Source: Octopus bimaculoides
Lineage: Eukaryota
Assembly (NCBI RefSeq): GCF_001194135.2
Contig: NC_069002.1
Coordinates: 30,710,546 to 30,774,545, forward strand
Direction: 5' to 3'
DNA length: 64,000 nucleotides
Shown here: in pieces, positions 12,256-25,100 of the stretch
How positions within the stretch are numbered: the stretch's first letter is position 1
Layout: every line of letters begins with the position of its first letter
Made by a program: the position numbers and the translations under genes
Notes under the pieces: generated by a model
Told to the model about the DNA's origin: nothing
Seen by the model: the letters and a program-made list of their open reading frames with translations, nothing else
Database searches by the model: none

Positions 12256-15200
12256 ATAAACTTGACATATCACAGCAAAAAATACTTTCAAACATGACAT
12301 TCTTCAATAAAAGATACATGTGTATATAAAACTGATTTCTGCAGTTAAAGGTAATGAAATTTTCAATGAGTATATTTGATTTCGTCAGTGAATGGGTTAG
12401 TTGCATCCAATAATGTGGTCCGTAATTTGTTAGAAATAGCAGCCAAATCTCCCTCAAATTAGAGGGTACTGTCTTAACCCATTGACTGCAAAATTAAATT
12501 TTGTGGTTATTCCAGTAATGGATGTTAAATACCTACCAAACACCCAAAAATATTTTTCTGCAAGTCACGTTGCCTTAATAAACTTGATATATCTCAACAC
12601 AAAACAGTTTCAAACATGGCATTATTAAAAAAAAGAAACAAACAAATTGGTATATAACACTGATTTCTGCAGTTAATGAAATTTTGAGCATACATATCTG
12701 ATATCTGTAGTAAATGGGTTTGTTACATTGAATAATGTAGTCCTTAATTTGTTAGAAATAGCAGCTTAATCTTCCTCAAGTCAAAGATTACTATCTTTAA
12801 CTGTGAAATTAAATTTCGTGGGTTTTTTCCAAAAATGATATCTATCTGCCCAAATATAGAATTGGTATTTTCTGCAAATTGCATTGCCTTGATAAACTTG
12901 GCATATCAATAAAAAATACTTTCAAACGTGACATTCCTCAACAAAAGATCTACCTTTCCACTGTTAAAGGTAATGAAATTTTGAGTAGATATATTGGGTT
13001 TCTGCTGTAAAAAGGAAAACCACTTTCTCCTCATGTTTTTTTTTCTTGGGACGCCCTTACTGCAAAGACCTGTTTGATGTTATCTCCCCCACCCCCTTCA
13101 CCAATCACATTAATGACACATCATTGATGAAACTGTTAATTATTCAGCTATTTTAATTACAGTTCTTCACTAACAACTACTGACTATAATTAGATAAATT
13201 CATTCCCAGTATTTTTAATTAAACATCTGTAATTTGGTAAACAACACTGCACTGGAATCACTCTGGTTTGGTTTCCTTTATTTTCTTCTAAGTCTTAGTC
13301 AAGTCATTGGTTTAGAATATGTTCTACAGAATTCAAAAATAACAAAAGATTTCAAGCATTTTTTTGTTAGGAACTTACTTTCATTTATTTATTTTTAATC
13401 TATTCATTACCATATTTTCTGCTGCTAAACATTGTTTCAATTAATTTTGAAAATATCAAGAAATTTAATACAATAACTTCATTATTATTTATTATGCTGG
13501 TGTTTGGAACATAAATTAAGGTTAAATTTTGATGGAAGAAAGTTTAAATTAATATCACTTTAAATAAGGAAGTTTGTATCACAGAGCCGAAGACAGTTGC
13601 AGGTGGGTTGCTATTAAAAGGGTTAAAGTAAGGAATTTGATGAAGGGCAAACTTTACTATTGGTTGCATGGAAACTAACAATGATTACTTATTTTAAAGT
13701 CTTTTGTTACCATGTTTCTGTTTCAATTCATGGTTATTTCAATAACGATGCTAAATACTTTCCTTTCAATCAATTTTGAAAGTAATGAAGAATTTACTAT
13801 AACTTTGTAGATATTCAGTTGGTGTTTGTAACAGAAGTTAACAGGAAATTTGGGAGAAAGTTTTAATTTAGATCAGTTTGAAACAAAAAGTTTGTAACAT
13901 AGGACCCAGGGAATCTTGGGCAGGTTGTTAAATGCGAGAATTTCGAAAATATCTTCTATTATTTTTAACTCTGTCTAATATTCATTCTTCTACATAAACA
14001 TCTGAAGGCATGATGCCATGTTGTGAATAATTAAGCAATATTCCTGCAGAATCATTAGAACTCCTGAAAAATAAAAAAACAAGATGTTTTGCAGTATTTG
14101 TTCTGGGTTTTTATATTCTGAGTTTCAAATATCAGAAACAATTATTATTATTATTTGACATGGCTCACATTTGGTTTTATTCCTGGAAGAATTTATGTAA
14201 CTTTGGATATCCACATGATTTCAATAAGTCTTGAACTGTTCAAAAACCATCTGATTATCTTTCCTATTCTCAAGAAGTGAATCTTCAGTGGAAGCCTTAT
14301 ACCAAATTATGATTATTATTATTATTATTATTTTATTAATTATATCAGTTATTTTGGGTTACAGTTATTCCGTGACTAAATTTACTTTCAAGAGAATATA
14401 TATTTCTTTAAAGAATTCATTGATTATCCTTAATGGTAATCTTCAATAATTAATATATCTTTTGGTGTTCTGTTTAAAGGTAAAGAAATTCTCTGGTGAC
14501 GTTGACGATATGCTTCATTGGATTACGGATCTCCGTATGGAACTGAAGTCTCAACCCCCGTTTGGGGCTCTTCCAGAAACAGCCAGAGGACAACTGGATA
14601 ATTTCATCGTAAGTCTTTTCTCCTCTAATTATGTTTTCCACCTTGTTCATTTAAATTCGACAAATTCAAATTGATTATTGCTTTTTTTCTCAATTTCATT
14701 TTAACCCTTTAGTATAGAGAATATTCTGTCTAATTTAATGTTTATTTATTCATACTGGAATTAACCATGCATTATCCCATAACTTTGAGATTTTGATGAT
14801 GTAACTTGAATTTTAGACTGACATTGTAGAGAAGGTGTGAGAGGCAGGAACTGGCCATTTTGAACCTAAAACAGGTAGAATATTTTGACTGGATATGACC
14901 AGCTTAAATACTGTAGAGTTAAAGAAGAAAACATTATTACAGTATAAAAATTATTTACAGATAGTTTACTGGGTGGCACTGGCATTAGTGGGGTCACTTA
15001 CTTGGCAATCTCCCTTGTGCTGGTGCCATGAATAAAGCACCCAGTACATTTTGTAAAGTGGTTGGTGTTAGAAGGGGCATCCAGCTGTAGAAACTATGCT
15101 GAAGCAGACATTGGAGCTTGACATAGTTTTCTGCCTCATTGGAGCCTGTTGACCCATCCAGACCACGCCAGCATGGAACATGGACATTTAATGATGATGG

Positions 15201-16191
15201 AATTAACCACAGTGGAGGTGCATGGCTTAGTGGTTAGGGGTGTTGGTCTCATGATTGTAAGATTGTGGTTTCCATTCTTGGACCAGGCAGTGTGTTGTGT
15301 TCTTGAGCAAAACACTTCATTTCACATTGTTCCGGACTACTCAGATGGTAAAAATGAGTAACACTGTGAAGGACTGGCATCCCATCCAGGAGGGGAATTT
15401 ATATGTTATTGGAAACCAGGAAACCAGCCCTAATGGGTTGGCATGGGTTGAGAGGAAAACGTTCCCTTACTTCACCTCGTTAACCACCCATTTTTGTTGC
15501 TTGCAGATAATTAAGAGCATCATCAACTTGATAAAAACATGCTTAAATTAAAGATTAAAGAGGTTTTGTCTTGGAGCTAATGACATTATGTCATGTGATT
15601 GTTATTTTCCCTCCTCTCTGTTAGAGAGGCACTAACACTTTCAGACATGCACACACACACATCACAGGAACTTCTGCCTATCAAATTCAATCACAAGGCT
15701 TCGGTCAGCTTGAGGCTATAGCAGAAGACAGTTGCCTGGGACTGAACCTGAAACAATGTGGTTGGGAAGCAAATTTCTTAACCGCACAGTCATGCCTGTG
15801 CCTACAAGCATGGCTGCATTTATACATCGTTATATATAAATAAACTATAACGAGTCTTTTATACAGGTATCTTCCACAAGATTTCTACATATAAAAACCA
15901 TGATAAATATTCCACAGACATTTTTTTTTCGAATAAATGATTTCTTCAGTAAGATAAAAATTTTATTTCTTGTTTGTTTTTGTTTATTTTCTTTTAGAAA
16001 CGATGTGAAGAACTTGATATCAAAGAAGATTGTGTCAAATCTCTGCAAATAAATGGTCAAGACATGATGGATCGATGCCAACCAGAAAATATTTTCCAAC
16101 TCAGTGAAAAACTGAAGAAGTTACGAGAAAGATGGCACGAAACGAAGAACAGAACTCTGAGACGAAGAGTAAGTATCACAGAACAGTATTT

Positions 16192-16246
<55 letters not shown>

Positions 16247-16765
16247 GGTTAGGATTCTCTACAGCTGTTTTGGACATATTAGCGTATACACGAATATGCT
16301 AATCTTGAACCTAACTTGGCGTCTTTATTATTAAGATACTTTGATTCAAATGAATCATACAAATAATGTGTGTGTGTGTGTGTGTATATATATATGTGTG
16401 TGTGTGCATATGGGTGTGTGTCTGTTTTGACATAAGAATTTGGAAACTTTGAGAGAACATGAAATAATTCATTTTTAACTGTGGAGCTCTAAGCAGATAA
16501 AGCTATAAATAACGGTATGTAATTATTGGGTTAAAAAGCCCTTTGGATAGAAAGATTTTCAAAAGCTGCCTGTGAGATTTGAACTCACATCTGTAAACAT
16601 GGCAAATTTTTCTACCATTGTACCAAAGCAATCCTTTGAGTTCCTCAAGCCAGTTTAGAAACTGTTCTTACCAGCGAGGATTGTATGTTGTTGATGTCGT
16701 AAGAAATAATAGACTTCGAGAGAGCATTAATTAATTTACTTTTGATAATTGAACTCTCTCCGTTC

Positions 16766-16797
<32 letters not shown>

Positions 16798-19700
16798 ATC
16801 TCCTCTTCAGCAAGATGTCTATTTCTGTCTCTCTGTCACACTCTAACCTTTCATCATCTGGCACAAGATCACCTCCTCCAGTGCCCCCCCCCATCCCCTC
16901 TCAATGAACTTTGTCTTGCAAGTTACTTGGTGGCCCCTGCCAGTGCTCGTGCCACGTAAAAAGCACTCGGTCCACTCTGCGGAATGGTTGGTGTTAGGAA
17001 GAGCATCCAGCTGTAAAAACCATAAAACCCATGCCAAAACCGACGTGATGCTTGGTGCAATCTTCTGCCTGGCTGGCTCCTGTCAAACTGTCCAACCCAT
17101 AGTAGCATGGAAGGCTGACATTAAATGATGATGGTGACACATATATGATGGCTGCCTACTCCTTAGACTATCATGACGATCACTGAGTGGGACGTCAGAA
17201 AAGCCTGTGTAATGGTTTCAAGTCCAGTACAGCTTGAATGACAACACGACTCTCACTGGCAACACCAAGAAGCCCAGATTCATGCAAAGTACAAGATATC
17301 CTGCTCAGTAGAGCAGCAGGTTTTATAGACAAGTTAACTGTCTCCAAGAGGAATGCCATGACAAGGACCAGGGGTCCCTCACTCCCAGTGGACTTACTGT
17401 GCCCTCGGACACCAACCCAAGTATTTCTACACCCTGGTACACATATAGATACACATAGACATCTAGATATACAACTACCTCTAAATATTGTCTTGAATCC
17501 ATTTTTTCATGTGTAAATCTTATAAATTCCTCGTTGTTATATCTTTGATAATATTAAACTCTTTAAGAATGTCATTAACACTCTCAGTGTTGTGAATGTT
17601 CTTGCTGTCACAGATGTTCTTGGCATGATGGATGTCCTCAGGCGTCGTGAACGTCGACAAGAATGTCGTAAATATCTTTAATGTTATAATGATGATGAAA
17701 TTCTTCTTTTATTCCAGGACAAAATGAAAGAACATCTGCAACATGTTGAAGAATTCCACACGACTTTAAAGAAATTCTCTGATTGGTTGAACTCGGCTGA
17801 GACGTTGATGCGAGGTTTTAAGTTCCCCAGTAAAATTGTGGAGAAAGTGTGTGAACAAATAAAAGAACATGCTGTAAGTAAATAGCAAATTCACTCGGTA
17901 TAATTGGTGGGGCATCAGATTTAGTACCTTGTGGTATTCATTTACAATGCTTTTAGTTCTAAGTTCAAATCCTGCCCAAGTTAATTTTGTCTTTCATTTC
18001 TCTGGGGTCACTGAAACATCGAGGGTCTCCATTGGTCAAGAATGACCTGACATCTATACATGGATGTGCAGATCTTTCATCTTTTACTTGTTTCTGTCAT
18101 TGGACTGTGGCCATGCTGGGGCACCGTCTTGAAGGGTTTTAGTCAAACAAACCAATCCTAGCACTTATTTATTTATTTATATATATATTTTTTTATGTCT
18201 GGTACTTATTCTATAGGTGTTTTTTGCTGAACTGCTAAGTTACAGGGATGTAAACAAGCCAACACTGGTTCTCAAGTAGACACACGCTCACTTACACTTT
18301 CTCACATACACACACAAACTTTCACACACACACACACACACACACTCTCTCTCACACATACACACTCTCACACATACACACTCTGGTGCAGCACTTCGGC
18401 TGACCAGCTTCAGTCAACCCGTTTAACTCATGCATAAATGGAAAATGGCTATTAAATGATATTGTATGCAGATGCCACTTTCCCAAGTCATTTTCCATTT
18501 TCCCTGCATTCCTTGTGGTATTTGTCTCTTTACATCCTGAGTTCAAATCCCACCAAGGTCAAATTTTGCCCTTTATCATGCATATATTTAACTCTTTAGC
18601 ATTGAAACCATCCATATCTGGCCAAGATATCCTACTTGTTTTAAGTTCAAACTAGCCAGATCCAACCTCTTACACCTACCCTACAATGTTATTCTAAAAA
18701 TAAACAATCGCATCAAATTCTCAAAACTATTAGACAATTGTGTGATTAATTAAAAACAATGTGGATAAATAAGGATTACATTTGATAAGGTAATCTGAAT
18801 GTTGAAGGGTTAAATTACTTCCAGCAATATTTTCCAAGAATTGGTTCAACAGTTTCAAGAAGAATTCGTAACAATTACTGCAATATTCTTTCATTTTTGA
18901 TTTGCAGGACTTCAAGAAAGATGTTCAGTCATACACAGAGTGGATGCAGAAGTTGGACCGCACCGGTACCTACTTGAAATATTTTGGTAGAAAACAAGAC
19001 ACTATTTACATCAAAAACCTTTTGGTGGGCATCAGGTTACGATGGAAAAAGCTCTTGCGAAGAACTGACGAGAGGGAACGCCTCTTGCAACAATCCTACC
19101 ACGAAGACAGACGGGTAAGTAAGAAGGATTCTTTGAAGAACTAGTAATTGAATGATAGCGTTAGACAATGGTAATTTATTGAAATATGAGCACAAGCTGT
19201 TGCTCCTGATTTATATTTTGGATATTTGTAACCTGTGCTGGTGCCATGTTAAAAGCACCCAATACACTCTGTAAAGTATATTAGGAAGAGCATACAGCTG
19301 CAGAAACCATATCAGAACAGACAAAATGGACCCAGGGCAGCTCTGTAGCATTGTCTTATTTCCAGATACTCTCACCTACCCTTATATAATGCAGGGTAGC
19401 CATGTATGTTCTCTACAGCAGGATAACTGTGCCTGTTCCTCTGTCATACTTCAGCCTCTCAACACCTAACATAAAAAGCTCCCTTTCTACTCCTCCACTC
19501 AGTCAAGAGGGACTTTCCTTTGTCTTGTGAATTTCTCAGATATTTGGCAACCTCACTAGTGCTGGTGCCATGGAAAACAGCACCCGGTACACTGTGTAAG
19601 TTGGTTGGCATTAGGAAGAGTATCCAGCCATAGCAACCATGCCAAAGCTGACATTGTAGTTTGATGCCGTCCTCTGGCCCCTGTTAGGTTTTGTTGCACC

Positions 19701-22162
19701 ATCCAACCCATACCAACATACAGGGCTGTGGAGTTGGAGTCGGAGTCGGTAATACCGACTCACAATGTCTTTATTCTTTTATATAAACCAGTTCTAACCT
19801 ATAGGCCTACTGAAAGTACAAGCGTATGCTTTGAGATATGTAAACCACAATCACTTAATTACATAAAGGGGAGTCGGAGGTGCCAGTAGTACAGAAGTCA
19901 GAGTCTGCCAACATGGAATATGGACGTTAAACGATGATATTTTGGGGATTTCCCAAATCTGATATATCTTTCAGTGTCTGTATTATAATAATATGTATTA
20001 AGTATATTTACAGTAATACATCTTTGAGTGATTTTACGCTAACGTATATATATATCATAAAGTGATTAATTTTATTGTTAATGAGGTCTATTATTTCTAA
20101 TGAAACCTCTTTGCTGTATTTTCTGCCATGCAAGTTTAATTTTTCAAACCAAAATTTAAATCTCCCAAAAGAAGTAGGTTGTCTTGTACACCCAAAAAAG
20201 ATTTGGAAGATCAAAAATTCCATGTGACCTGAAGCAAGATTTGAGAAAATAGTCTTTTTATTCAAAACAAAAGAAATTTTCTTTATAGTCAGGTTCCAAC
20301 CCAGGTCACAGCAACAAAGTCTACCCACCATACTTCTCGATACATCATCAAGGTCCTGGATACATTCCAGACCAATGTCTGCAATCAAGTTGATGTGTGA
20401 CAACATTTTCCTCTTCTTACATCACCATGAAGTGGGTCCCACAAGACTAATTTGGATTCTTCCGGTGACCAGATAGTTACAATTGTCTTTGCCTGATCTT
20501 CTTGCTAACTTTTGGCAGGTCTCCGTAAAGGCATTCGTTTGTCATATGTTGCTGCCATTTCACCTTTGGGGCCTTTTGTAGAAAGATAATGACGATGTTT
20601 GAATGCTCACTCTATATACTATTGTAGTGGCGTGTGTGGCCGCCATCTTGGGAAGTGCCATTGCGCATGTGCAAGGGACTTGCCGTCAGCGGAAGTACCC
20701 GGGCACGCATGCGCAAGGCAACAGGTGGAGAGAGAGCAATAGCGTTCGTCCTCTTCTCTATCTAGCAGCGGTCGTGACAACACGTATCCTCCAGTGCTCT
20801 CTCAACTCTATACCGACATGTGGTCGAAGCTTCCTTGGTATTCTAGTGGCATACCTGTTCACCCAGGAACGAAACGGCTCTACGCCAACCTAGAATAAAT
20901 TATTGATCTGTTGTTACCGTTATACCTCGTGTTGTTGTATTTCTGGATTTTAATGATTAATATAAGAACTGGGGAGAGAAGGCCGAGCCGTCATATCTCA
21001 TCCAATTCTTATAGTATGTTGACTTGAATGCCAGGCAGTGTGGTATTTCTATTTTGGCTAAAACAGGAGATGGTGGGAAACAAAATCTAATCTTTTATAT
21101 TATTTATCTGTTTTTTTTTTTTGGTCATTTCTTATAGTTTGAAGAATCGTGGAAGGATCTTTGCGATTGGTTAGATTCCAGTGAAGACATGCTGACCTCA
21201 TTCCTCACGCCACAAGTGCAAGCTTCTCCTCTCACACAAGTCAACAAAATGAAAGAGGAAATGGATGAGCTGAAGGTGAGTTAAGATAAAAAAAAAAGCT
21301 AAATTAAGTATACTAATTATTATACTCATTAAAAATTCCTCATTTTCCTTAATTAATTTCATCATTATTTTTTTTGTATTTAAATTTTAACAAATTTCAT
21401 TACTGTTCATTGAAGTAGTTTCGTCTGATTTATTCATCTGGGTCCCAATTTAATCTAAAAATACAATTAGGCCCCCAAAATATATTGCTAATTCCAGATC
21501 TTAGATTTAGTAGAGAGGCTTATGGGTTTTAGGAACCTGAAAATAAAGGATTAAAGACAGTTTTGTCTCCTTTAAAGTTTAACTCTTGATGCTGTGAAAA
21601 CATTCCATAAATCCTGAAGTTTTATTTTAAATTTATACTTGATATATTCTTAGTGTTGCACTGACTACAGCCTGGTTCTCCCTTGTGCCACTGGGTGGCA
21701 CATGTTATCTAATTCTCCTTTGTCAAAGTGTGGGGTCTCCCTCATGTGACATTGGGGTTTGCCCTCGTGTGACATTGCGAGTGTCCCTCGTGTAACATTG
21801 TGGGTTTGCCCACATTTGACATTGTGAATCTCTCTTGTGTCACAGTATGACATTGTGGTTCTCATTTATGTCACAATGTATGTCTCCCTTGTGTGACATT
21901 GTGGATCTCTTGTTATGTCACATTGTAGGTCTGGTCTATCTAGTCTCTACAAACTGGTTTTCATTGTGTCCTTTTGGTGTTGCAGTGACCCCCAACCTCC
22001 ATCTCTCCAGTGCTACAGTAACCATTTCTTATGATGATGAGTTTTATATCTTCGCATCAACTGATGTGGAATTCTTTAAAGGCATTCAATAAGTTAGAAC
22101 TGTTTTATCTTCAGTTTCATAAAGTCATTAGAAATAGAATTTATATACGTGTATGTATATTT

Positions 22163-22197
<35 letters not shown>

Positions 22198-25100
22198 GTG
22201 TGTGTGTGTGTCACACGGTGGTGGGAGACAGACACAAACACATAGATACACACACATATACCATGGGCTTCTTTTCAGTTTCCATCTACAAGTCCATTCA
22301 CAAGCCCGAGGCTATAGCAGAAGACACTAGGCCAAGGTGCCATGCAGTGGGACCGAACCCGGAACAATGTGCTTGAGAAGCAAGCTCCTTAACCACACAC
22401 AGCCACCCTCAAACCCCCCACTTTAGTAATTTACCATTATTAAAATTTCTATTTTCTCATTTTAAAATCAGACGAAAGATCAAGTCAACTTTTATTGCTT
22501 TTCATTCCTTTCATTCGAGCTTTTTGTTTTCTTCTCTCCTCCACCCCACCCCATCCCCACTACATATGCTACCACCTCTACCCTGCTTTCTTTCTTTCTT
22601 TTTTTTTTTTACCTTCCATTTCTCAATTTGTCTTGTTATTGTTGCCTATCTTTTTGATGTCTCAGCCAAAACCAGTGGATATGGAAACCCGTATAAGCCA
22701 ATTGCTCCACGTTAAGGTATACCAAACCAGTACATATACATATATATATATATATATGCCATTCTGTTTCTTTAGCATGTTGTCAGTCCTGCTTTATATC
22801 GATTTGTCTTTGATTATGTTGCATTTAGAATTTCATCCAAACTTTCTTTCTTCTTTATCTTATTTTTTTTTCCATTCCTTATTAAAAAAAAAAAAACCCA
22901 AAGTGCTGAAGAAGCACTTCTTAGACAAAGTACGGAGCTGCATGTCACTTCTCAACCTCTTGCATTATTCTGTCTGCAATGTATGTCTGGCACATACTAG
23001 CCCAATGCACATTTAGAATTCTTAAAAAGTTTATCATTATTATTATTTTTATTTACTTTTATTTGTTATTTATGGTTTCCATTTTGTTAAACCCATGCAT
23101 GATATTTTTTTCCTTGTGGGTTTATATCTCTTTTCATTATTTTATATTTCATTTTGTCACGGTTTTTGTGGGATTTCTTTTCACTGTGGGATTTCCTTTT
23201 TTCTTGAGGACTTGATTCTTTGGTTATTTAACCCTTTTGATACCAACCCAGCTGAAACTGCCTCTGGTTCTGTAGTACAAATGTCTTGTTTTCATAAGTT
23301 CTGAATCAAAATCTTCCACCAAACCTTAGTCACAATTTATGTTCCTAACGCTAGCTTAATAATGACTAAGTTATTTTACTAAATTCTTTGTTATATTTTA
23401 AATTAATTGAAAGAAACACAGAACATCTCAACAGCAAAATGGTAACAAAAGGGTTAGAATATATAATAGAGAAACAATTCTTAACCCTTTTGATACCAAC
23501 CCAGCTGAAACTACCTCTGGCTCTGTAGTACAAATGTCTTGTTTTCAAAAGTTCTGAATTAAAATCTTCCACCAAACCTTAGTCACAATTTATGTTCCTA
23601 ACACTAGCTGAATGATAACTAAGTTATTTTACTAAATCCTTTGTTGTTGTATTTAAAGTNNNNNNNNNNNNNNNNNNNNNNNNNNNNNNNNNNNNNNNNN
23701 NNNNNNNNNNNNNNNNNNNNNNNNNNNNNNNNNNNNNNNNNNNNNNNNNNNNNNNNNNNNNNNNNNNNNNNNNNNNNNNNNNNNNNNNNNNNNNNNNNNN
23801 NNNNNNNNNNNNNNNNNNNNNNNNNNNNNNNNNNNNNNNNNNNNNNNNNNNNNNNNNNNNNNNNNNNNNNNNNNNNNNNNNNNNNNNNNNNNNNNNNNNN
23901 NNNNNNNNNNNNNNNNNNNNNNNNNNNNNNNNNNNNNNNNNNNNNNNNNNNNNNNNNNNNNNNNNNNNNNNNNNNNNNNNNNNNNNNNNNNNNNNNNNNN
24001 NNNNNNNNNNNNNNNNNNNNNNNNNNNNNNNNNNNNNNNNNNNNNNNNNNNNNNNNNNNNNNNNNNNNNNNNNNNNNNNNNNNNNNNNNNNNNNNNNNNN
24101 NAATTTATCAAGTAGCTAGCATGAAAAAAACCTCATAAGGGAAAAACATCCATCATTTATTCCCGAAATATATATTTTTATTTATATAAGGGCATTACTA
24201 TACAATAACGCCTCACGCCATGAGGGACTCTAAGGTCAGACTACCATAAAAAACACATTTTTACCGAACGCGAGGAAATGCAACTCTCAAAGCCAACCCC
24301 TTAAAAACAGACTGAATTATAGATCATGATTTCGTAGTTATTGTAGTATTATACAACCTCTACTCATCAGTATAATATGGTCTATGATATGATCTATAAT
24401 TCAGTCTGTGTTTAAGGGGTTGGCTTTGAGAGTTGCATTTCCTCGCGTTAGGTAAAAATGTGTTTTTTATGGTAGTCTGACCTTAGAGTCCCTCATAGCG
24501 TGAGGCATTATTGTATAGTAATGTCCTTATATATATATATATTCTAAAATCCTAGACTTGAACAAAAGACTCTTTTTTGAAGTTATGTTTAAATATTTTA
24601 TTTAGCAATACCATCTTCACCATTTAGACATGTTGCCTCTCCTCAGTTGCTAAAAAACACAGTGTACCCTAACAGAAGGTACATCAGTGTACCCTAACAG
24701 AAGGTACATCAGTGTAACCTAGTTGTTATTAATTTAACTTTCTACTATGATGAAATCCGATGTCACTGCCAGTTCCATTTTAAAGTTACCATTAATGTTT
24801 AATTGTTCCACTGTCGACTTGAAAAATCAATAAAAGACTTTTGGAATTGTAGCTAAACTTTATTATTTCAATGTTTTTAGACCAGTTCTGTTACATATCA
24901 ATTCTAATAATGACATACCTTGTCTTTCCCCTTCAATTCATCTTGCTACCATCTATTTACACATCAACTGTTTCTTTTATTCTTACTACTACTACTATTA
25001 CATGTAGACCTTTCTCCTCCTCTTCTGAACATTTGTCACAGTTCACCTATTACAGTTAAGTAACTATAGATAAATTAGTGTTAACATTTAATTAATTAGA

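Noticed and set aside
20603-20893. 96-aa ORF with a signal-peptide-like N-terminus ([21 protein letters not shown])
   Set aside because: It lies across the boundary of the LTR-like element and is explained by its GC-rich motifs; no homology recognised and no in-frame splice to exon 9.
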